DNA from: Longimicrobiales bacterium
GTDB lineage: Bacteria > Gemmatimonadota > Gemmatimonadetes > Longimicrobiales > Gaopeijiaceae
Direction: 5' to 3'
Length of the DNA: 64,000 nucleotides
Assembly (NCBI GenBank): GCA_041690395.1
Contig: JAWLHJ010000004.1
Location: forward strand, 192,001 to 256,000
Part shown: one piece after another, positions 57,660 to 64,000 of the stretch
How positions within the stretch are numbered: position 1 is the stretch's first letter
Layout: each line of letters starts with the position of its first letter
The notes under the pieces: generated by a model
Told to the model about the DNA's origin: nothing
What the model saw: the letters and a program-made list of their open reading frames with translations, nothing else
Database searches by the model: none
Made by a program: the position numbers and the translations under genes

Positions 57660-59900
57660 TCAGAAGCGCCGCACCACGCGGAGCGTGGCGCCGGCTCCGG
57701 AGGTGAACGGGCCACCGTGCGCACCGCCCATCGTCAGGGTCAGCGTCCCGCCGTCGGGCGGAAGGAGCCTGATGTACCGCATCGAGGAGGCGCGCAGCTC
57801 GGTCGTGAACGCGAAATCACCCGGTCCCCCCGTCGGCACGTTGAACACCAACGGACTCTGCAGGAAGCGCGGAAGGTCGAAGTCGGGGTAGGTGAACGGC
57901 CCGGTCGCGTCGTCTCCGCGATCGAAGAAGACGGCGGTGGTCCATCTCGAGAAGAGCTCCTCCCACGTCGTGCCGGTCTGGGCTTCGATGTTCGCCGTGC
58001 CGGTGAGCGTGGTCCGGGTGAGCCGCCCGAGCACGTCGGGGCCGTCCTGCTGGTGCAGGTAGAGCATGAAGAGGAAGCCGGCCCCGCGCTCCGCGAGGGA
58101 TCCGCTCCCGCTCGAGACGATGAGGCTGACCGTGTCCGGCTGCTCCAGGTAGAGCAACGAGCGGCGTCGGTTCCCGTCGCGGAACAGCTCGGCCTCCGCG
58201 GAGTCCGCGGGCGCCGTATAGTCACGCGCGACCAGCTCCTCGGCCATCTGCGCGAGTCCCTCGAGCACCCACAGGGCGTCCTGCGACCCACCCATCCTCA
58301 CCACGCGCTCGCTGAAGTGCACCATGTGCTGGAACTCGTGCGCGAGGATGGACGGCACGACATCCAGGACCTGCCGGCGGGTACGGGCATCCCCGTGCAC
58401 GGCGTTCGGGTCGGGCACGAGCGCGTAGAAGACCTCGCCGGCGTTGCTGTTCGACAGCTCCGGCAGGAGATCACGCCCGTAGAAGAAGCCACCCACGAAG
58501 CTGTTCGAGTTCCTCTCGGTGAGCCTGTTCACGACTGGTGTGAACAGGATGACGACCCGGTCGTTCCCGTCGAGGTCCGTCGGCGCGCCGAACGTTTGGG
58601 TGACTCTGGCGTGGATGGGCGCGTCGAAGCGAGCCCCGACGTCCTCGAGGTCGCCGGCTTCGAAGCCGCCCGCCGGCGATGCGTCGTCCACATACACCAC
58701 GGCCCTGGCGCTGACGTGACGAGCGGTCGCCGTAATCTGGTCGAAGCGGGCATCCGGATCGTCCGAGCCGTTGAAGACCCAGAACGTCCGGGACTCGCCG
58801 ACGGTCGGGACCGCGGCGGGAGCGCCCGGCGCACGAGCCGCGCCTACAGGTGTCGGGGCTGGCCCGCCCCCGGCGAGCCGACGCTCCAGCAACCCCGCCT
58901 CCTCCTCGCGCAGCCGGAGGTCGAACGTGCCCTGCGCGTCGGTCGCAGGCTCGAGCGAGGGGCGTGAAACGGGCGCGGTGAGTGTCGTGGCGGACGGGAC
59001 GGGCGGCGCCGTGGCCACCCCGCTGTAACCGAGCCAGGCCAGGCTCATCGGGTAGCGTGCGCCCGCGATCGTCCCCGTCATCTGGGGGATGATGATGTAC
59101 TCGGCCGGCTCCCCGTCGACCCGCTCACCCGGGAGCCGGACGCAGGCGCCCCCGTCCGGGTCGCTCAGGTCGACGTACTGGCCCGGAAGCATCGGCTCGA
59201 TGGGCCCGCCCTCCGTGACGGCGACGCCGATCGTGCCACTCGACACGGCCCCCAACGCGACACGAACCCTCACGTCGTCGCGCTGGGGAAGGCAGGTCGG
59301 CACCTCGACCTCGAGCCTCGTTCCCGACGCCTGGAGCACGCGGGCGCGGACGTTCGAGAAGTACACGAGGTTCTGGTCGGCGACCGGGCTGAAGTTCTGG
59401 CCACCGAGCACGAGCGTGGCTCCGACGGGCGCTTCGAGCGGCTCGACAGAGGTCAGGCGGGGCGTGCCAACAACCCAGGCCCGGAGTTCCGCCCTCGCAC
59501 TTTCCTGCTCGACGACGGTCGCGACGATGGTGACCTGACCCTCCGTCGACCCGAGCCGCAGCGTGATCTCGGTGGCGCCCGCTTCGTCGGTGATCGTGGC
59601 CTCGGGGCCCTGGAGCTCTGCGTCGCCACCCGTCACGACCCACCGGACCGTGATGTCCTCCGCCGGAAGCCCGGAATCGGCCTTACGCACGATCACGCGG
59701 AGCGGATCCGGGAGCTCGGTGCCGGCCGTGCCGTGCTGCTCCTCCCCTCCCGCGACGACGATCTCCAGGGGATCGAGGCCCGGGGTGACCGGCTCTCTGG
59801 CGCATGCGGCCAGGGTGAGGGAAACCGCCATGGCGAGGACCGTGCGGACACGGGCCGAACAGGCCGACCCGGCCGGCCTGGCTCCACGCCGGCCGGTCAT
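57660..59900 (-). CDS. Lipoprotein metallopeptidase: Ig-like + IPT/TIG domains + gluzincin (M30-like) domain
   Basis: Lipobox LAAC, Big-like TDEAG..LG, TIG-like GATLVLGGQNF, AHEFQH...WVLEGLAQ. ATGA overlap with the upstream gene. Confidence 0.8.
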   Translation of the reverse strand: MTGRRGARPAGSACSARVRTVLAMAVSLTLAACAREPVTPGLDPLEIVVAGGEEQHGTAGTELPDPLRVIVRKADSGLPAEDITVRWVVTGGDAELQGPEATITDEAGATEITLRLGSTEGQVTIVATVVEQESARAELRAWVVGTPRLTSVEPLEAPVGATLVLGGQNFSPVADQNLVYFSNVRARVLQASGTRLEVEVPTCLPQRDDVRVRVALGAVSSGTIGVAVTEGGPIEPMLPGQYVDLSDPDGGACVRLPGERVDGEPAEYIIIPQMTGTIAGARYPMSLAWLGYSGVATAPPVPSATTLTAPVSRPSLEPATDAQGTFDLRLREEEAGLLERRLAGGGPAPTPVGAARAPGAPAAVPTVGESRTFWVFNGSDDPDARFDQITATARHVSARAVVYVDDASPAGGFEAGDLEDVGARFDAPIHARVTQTFGAPTDLDGNDRVVILFTPVVNRLTERNSNSFVGGFFYGRDLLPELSNSNAGEVFYALVPDPNAVHGDARTRRQVLDVVPSILAHEFQHMVHFSERVVRMGGSQDALWVLEGLAQMAEELVARDYTAPADSAEAELFRDGNRRRSLLYLEQPDTVSLIVSSGSGSLAERGAGFLFMLYLHQQDGPDVLGRLTRTTLTGTANIEAQTGTTWEELFSRWTTAVFFDRGDDATGPFTYPDFDLPRFLQSPLVFNVPTGGPGDFAFTTELRASSMRYIRLLPPDGGTLTLTMGGAHGGPFTSGAGATLRVVRRF

Positions 59901-60982
59901 CTTCGGACTCCGCGTTCCAGCGCGAGCAGGTCGAGGATGGGCGTCGACGTGAGCGCGGACGACGCCCGACGAACCCGCGCCGTCACGCGGATCACCTCGA
60001 GAGGCGTCAGGCCTTCCACGGTCGAGAGCCGGTCCGGCGGGACCGCGACGTAGACGAAGGGCCCGTCGGCGCCTCCGGCCCGCCCCAGTATGAACGGTTC
60101 GCCTTCGTAGAAGTCGGTTCGAACCGCCTCGGCTCGTTCCAGCGAGATGAACTGCACCGTCCAGTCCACCCGTCGACCCTCGTGGCTCGCGCCGTCGGGC
60201 GCGGCCAGGTCGTCCGGAGTCAGGTCGGCCATGTCGGCCCCTCCGGACGGTGTCTCGGCGGCGCCGGCGTCCGAGGCCGGGCTCCACACCCACCCTTCGA
60301 GTCGCACCCGGACCCAGTTGCCCTCGCGCGCCAGTACCTCGAGATCTCCGCCGACCGTGGAGGTGCCGATCGTGTCACCGTCCGGCGCGCTCAGGATGGG
60401 AGCGCCCTCCCCGGGACGGAGAAAGGTGCGGGCGGGGTCGGACCCGCGGGTCGGCGTGGACGCGCCGCCGGCGGAGCTCGTGCGGGCTTCGGCGACCGCT
60501 CCCGGCGTGCTCTGCGCTCCCTGCTCGGCGGGGGTGACCGACGACGACCAGATCCAACCCGTGCGGCGCACCCGCGTCCACCCCGGTCGGCTCTCGATCT
60601 CCTCGAGCAGGGTCCCCTCCTCCAACCGGGCGACGATCGAGCCGGACGGCTCCGACCTCAAGTTCTCCCCACCCGACGCGGACACGGTGAGGTCCATCCC
60701 CTCGCGATCCGTGGTCCGGAGCGACGCGGTCCACACCCAACCTTCGAGGGACGCCTCCGTCCACGATCCCGAGACGCCCACCCTCAGCAGCTCGGCTCCG
60801 GCGTTCACACGCGCCAGCACCTGGCCCTGCGGCTCACGCCGGAAGTTCTCCTCGACGTCGGCGCGGACGGTAGCCTGTCCGCAGAGCGGGGCGACGGTGA
60901 GCAGGAGCGCCGCGAGCGTGCCCGTCGAGGCGCGCGCACCCGTCTTCCACCCACCTCTACACGACCTCGGAGACCCTGTCAT
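59897..60982 (-). CDS. Secreted protein with three SH3b-like repeats and a C-terminal beta domain
   Basis: Repeats ENFR/ENLR..P.G...W..V..(E/T)GW(V/I)W three times. Signal-like N-terminus. Confidence 0.7.
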   Translation of the reverse strand: MTGSPRSCRGGWKTGARASTGTLAALLLTVAPLCGQATVRADVEENFRREPQGQVLARVNAGAELLRVGVSGSWTEASLEGWVWTASLRTTDREGMDLTVSASGGENLRSEPSGSIVARLEEGTLLEEIESRPGWTRVRRTGWIWSSSVTPAEQGAQSTPGAVAEARTSSAGGASTPTRGSDPARTFLRPGEGAPILSAPDGDTIGTSTVGGDLEVLAREGNWVRVRLEGWVWSPASDAGAAETPSGGADMADLTPDDLAAPDGASHEGRRVDWTVQFISLERAEAVRTDFYEGEPFILGRAGGADGPFVYVAVPPDRLSTVEGLTPLEVIRVTARVRRASSALTSTPILDLLALERGVRR

Positions 60983-61114
60983 ATTGTCTTGAAACGATCC
61001 CGGGCGGGCGGTGTTACAAGGGGCGTTCGAGCGCTGCCGCTCGTCCTCCCAATCTGCCCGAGACGCATGGAAGCGTCAATCAATCCCGACCCCGAAGAGG
61101 AGCGCGGCACCCGG

Positions 61115-61810
61115 ATGCGGCACATTCTCCGTAGTTCGTTCCCGGCCGTCCTGGCCTTCCTGATCGTCGGAGGCTCGACCGTGGACGCCCAGACGGTGCC
61201 GTCCCCGTTCAACTTCATCGAAGGTCGCCAGGAGGTCGGGCTCATCTTCGGCGCGGTCGACGCTGCGACCGGGCGCTTCGGGTACGCCCCGAAGGGCGGC
61301 CGGCTGTTCGGCGGCCGTTACGGCATCGAGCTCTCGGGACCTTTGTCGCTCGAGGGCGTGACCACGGTCATCTCCGGGGAGCGGGACGTCATCAATCCGG
61401 GGCGAGACGAGGGCGACCGCGTGGTGGGCGAGGCCGATGCGCTGCTGGCCACCATCGACGCGCGCTTCAAGTTCACGCTCACCGGCGACCGGATGTGGCA
61501 CCGCATCAGCCCCTTCATCGTGGCCGGCGGCGGCGTCGTCTTCGACGCAGCCGGGGATTCCGAGGCGGACGAGCAGCTCCTCCCCGAGGACCGGTTCAGC
61601 TTCGGCACCAGCTTCTATGGCACGACGGGTCTCGGGGTGCGCTGGTTCATCACCGACCGCTTCGCGCTGCGGGCCGACGGCACGTTCTCGCTCTGGAAGG
61701 TTGGCACACCGCCCGGGTTCAGCGACCCGGTCAGGAACTTCCCCAATGTCGAGGAGGGCGAGTGGCTGCGGTCGCTCGGGCTCACGATCTCGACACTGAT
61801 CCGCTGGTGA
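61115..61810 (+). CDS. Small outer-membrane beta-barrel (OmpA-like transmembrane type)
   Basis: Signal peptide (VDA/Q), SPFIVAGGG, GLGVRWF...ALRAD, terminal Trp. Confidence 0.75.
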   Translation: MRHILRSSFPAVLAFLIVGGSTVDAQTVPSPFNFIEGRQEVGLIFGAVDAATGRFGYAPKGGRLFGGRYGIELSGPLSLEGVTTVISGERDVINPGRDEGDRVVGEADALLATIDARFKFTLTGDRMWHRISPFIVAGGGVVFDAAGDSEADEQLLPEDRFSFGTSFYGTTGLGVRWFITDRFALRADGTFSLWKVGTPPGFSDPVRNFPNVEEGEWLRSLGLTISTLIRW

Positions 61811-61829
61811 GATCCGGGAGCTCCTGACC

Positions 61830-63161
61830 GTGGCCGAGGGCTCTGCTCGCTTCGAGAGGCGCACCGCCGACTGGCTGGGCGTCGACGAGGCAAGGGTCCG
61901 GATCCTCGAGGTAGCACACCCACTCCCGGCCGAGGAGGCATCCCTCCGCGAGGCAGAAGGCCGCGTGCTCGCGGAGCGTCTGCTCGCCGGAGCCACGCTG
62001 CCGCCGTGGGACAACTCGGCCATGGACGGCTACGCCGTGCGCGCGGACGACGTCGCCGGCGCCACCGAGACGGAGCCCGTGACGCTCGATGTCGTCTCTC
62101 GGGTGCTCGCCGGCCACATGGACGCCGTCCCGACGGTCCTTCCCGGCCAGGCCTCCCGGATCATGACCGGCGCCCCCCTTCCTCCCGGGACCGACGCGGT
62201 CGTCCGGGTCGAGGACACGGATGCGGAATCCGAGACCGGCAAGGTCCGCGTGAGCGTCCCCGTCGAGGCCGGACGGTACGTGCGCCCCGCCGGCCAGGAC
62301 TTCCGCCGGGGCGACCCGGTGTTGGAGCCCGGACGGGTGGTCCGGGCCGGTGTGATCGGCCTGGCGGCCGCGATCGGCCGGGAGGCGCTGGCCGTCCACC
62401 GTCGCCCCACCGTCGCTCTGCTGGCCACGGGGGACGAGCTCCGGGGTCCAGCCGCCTACGAGGACGTCGTCCACGGGAGGGGCATCCCCGAGTCCAACCG
62501 GCCGATGTTGGCGGCCATGGTCCGGGATGCGGGCGCACGCGTCGGACGGTCCGCGCTGGCGGCGGACGACGAGCGGGACCTGGCGACACACCTCGAGCAG
62601 TCCGGCTCCGACGACGTCCTCGTCACCATCGGAGGGGCGTCGATGGGGGAAGCCGATCTCGTCAAGAGAGTCCTCGACCGGGCGGGCTTCCGCCTGGTGT
62701 TCTGGAGGGCCCGCATCCGGCCGGGGAGCCCGTTCAGCTTCGGGCTACTTCCCCGCGGCGACCGGCTCCAACCCGTATTCGGGCTACCCGGAAATCCCGC
62801 CTCGGCGTTCGTGACCTTCGAGCTCTTCGTACGCCCGTTCCTACGCCGGCTCGCCGGCCATTCCGCCTGCTTCCGGCCGGTCGTGAGCTGCGTGGCCGCG
62901 GACGACCTGCGGGGTCCGACCGATCTCGCCGCGTATCTGAGGGTATCGCTCGATCGTAAGACCGCGCCGTGGACCGCGACGCTCACGGGGCCCCAGGGCT
63001 CCGGCCTGGTACGGGGACTGGGCCACGCCGACGGGCTGGCGGTACTTCCGGAGGGGACGGGAGAGATCCCGCGGGGATCGTCCGTGGACGTGGTCCTGCT
63101 CACCGGCGACGCGAGCGACGAGCATACGCGGAACGATTACGGCGCGGGGGCGCGGCAGTGA
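61830..63161 (+). CDS. moeA: Molybdopterin molybdotransferase
   Basis: PPWDNSAMDGYA, IMTGAPLP, TGDEL, GGASMGEAD, GLPGNP, QGSG. Confidence 0.95.
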   Translation: MAEGSARFERRTADWLGVDEARVRILEVAHPLPAEEASLREAEGRVLAERLLAGATLPPWDNSAMDGYAVRADDVAGATETEPVTLDVVSRVLAGHMDAVPTVLPGQASRIMTGAPLPPGTDAVVRVEDTDAESETGKVRVSVPVEAGRYVRPAGQDFRRGDPVLEPGRVVRAGVIGLAAAIGREALAVHRRPTVALLATGDELRGPAAYEDVVHGRGIPESNRPMLAAMVRDAGARVGRSALAADDERDLATHLEQSGSDDVLVTIGGASMGEADLVKRVLDRAGFRLVFWRARIRPGSPFSFGLLPRGDRLQPVFGLPGNPASAFVTFELFVRPFLRRLAGHSACFRPVVSCVAADDLRGPTDLAAYLRVSLDRKTAPWTATLTGPQGSGLVRGLGHADGLAVLPEGTGEIPRGSSVDVVLLTGDASDEHTRNDYGAGARQ

Positions 63162-63610
63162 GGGCGACTCGCCCGATCCTGGTCGTGGCTCTCCTCGCCC
63201 TGGGCGTGACTGGATGCGGACTTCCCCGCTGGCCCGTCCAGGCACCCATGACCTCCGCCTACGGCCTACGCTTCTCGGGTATCATCCCCGGAACCCACCG
63301 CGGTGTCGACCTGAACGTGCCGCACGGGACACCCGTCCGGGCCATGGCCGACGGACACGTTCGCTACGCGGGAAGCATGAGCGGATACGGGAACGTGGTC
63401 TGGCTCGACCACGGCGGGTCGGTCCTCACCGTATACGCCCATCTCTCGGAGATCCACGTCTCCGTGGGCACCGTGGTGCGCGGCCAGTCGGTCATCGCGC
63501 TCAGCGGAGCGAGCGGCGACGTGACGGGGCCCCACCTCCACTTCGAGGTGTGGAGGTGGGGCCGACCCGTCGATCCGGTCCCTCTGTTGGGTGGCAGACC
63601 CGGGACCTGA
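63158..63610 (+). CDS. M23 family metallopeptidase, lipoprotein
   Basis: GTGA overlap, lipobox VTGC, HRGVD, YAHL, GPHLHFEV with intact zinc ligands. Confidence 0.9.
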   Translation: MRATRPILVVALLALGVTGCGLPRWPVQAPMTSAYGLRFSGIIPGTHRGVDLNVPHGTPVRAMADGHVRYAGSMSGYGNVVWLDHGGSVLTVYAHLSEIHVSVGTVVRGQSVIALSGASGDVTGPHLHFEVWRWGRPVDPVPLLGGRPGT

Positions 63611-63635
63611 GGTCGGTCGGGCGAGCCGACCTCAG
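63607..63635. terminator. Hairpin between convergent genes, spanning both stop codons
   Basis: CTGAGGTCGG(63607-63616)/CCGACCTCAG(63626-63635), a perfect 10-bp stem with no U-tract. Confidence 0.45.
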
Positions 63636-64000
63636 CCTCCGGACTTGAGCGCCTTGATCTCGTCGGCGAGTCGCGGTACGACCTCGAAGAGATCACCCAC
63701 GATCCCGTAGTCGGCCACACCGAAGATCGGCGCGTCGGCATCCTTGTTGATCGCCACGATCGTCTGCGACGTCCGCATACCGGCCAGGTGCTGGATCGCG
63801 CCCGAGATTCCGATGGCGAAGTACAGCTTGGGCGCCACCGTCTTTCCGGTCTGCCCGACCTGCTCGCCGTGGGGCCGCCATCCGGCGTCCACGACCGCGC
63901 GGGAGGCGCCCAGCGCGGCGCCCTGCCCGATCGCGTCCCGTAGCGTCTCGAGCAGCTTCCAGTTCTCGGGATCCTTCATGCCCCGCCCGCCCGACACGAT
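63632..64000 (-). CDS. etfA: Electron transfer flavoprotein alpha subunit (5' part beyond window)
   Basis: [40 protein letters not shown]. Confidence 0.95.
   Translation of the reverse strand: MVSGGRGMKDPENWKLLETLRDAIGQGAALGASRAVVDAGWRPHGEQVGQTGKTVAPKLYFAIGISGAIQHLAGMRTSQTIVAINKDADAPIFGVADYGIVGDLFEVVPRLADEIKALKSGG

Noticed and set aside
60990..61016. TGAAAC upstream of the OMP gene as a fifth ECF promoter
   Set aside because: The -10 position reads GTTA/TGTT rather than CGTA. Too weak to count, though a related ECF cannot be excluded.
61811..61829. Moco riboswitch before moeA or moaC
   Set aside because: No room: a 19-nt gap before moeA, and moaC overlaps holB.

Overview
High-GC (about 70% by eye) bacterial chromosomal segment with about 56 tightly packed, often translationally coupled genes. 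Gene content and order (mfd-PPIase-surA-pdxA-ftsEX-envC-holB-moaC; lepA-GT9-ROK-PfkB; many lipoproteins and outer-membrane barrels) indicate a diderm, probably Gemmatimonadota (inference, not a database result). I saw no rRNA, tRNA, CRISPR array, integrase or transposase. Most of the window is housekeeping or envelope biogenesis. The strongest candidate for an undescribed system is at 52.6-56.8 kb. There a 43-aa lipobox prepeptide ends in two identical HTPDPGL repeats whose DNA copies differ only at synonymous positions. It sits between a pseudo-receiver/AraC regulator and a GAF-like/TPR protein, an arrangement resembling Rap-Phr/RRNPP peptide signalling. Other highlights: (1) an ECF (SigW-like) regulon readable from the DNA, with GAAAC-N17-CGTAGG upstream of the sigma gene, its tandem-zinc-finger anti-sigma operon and an M48 protease; (2) a PerR-type regulator near a P1B-4 ATPase whose promoter carries an AT-rich Fur/Per-box palindrome; (3) a STAS-GHKL kinase plus STAS-wHTH pair; (4) a pdxA with no canonical start codon; (5) a structured guaB leader.
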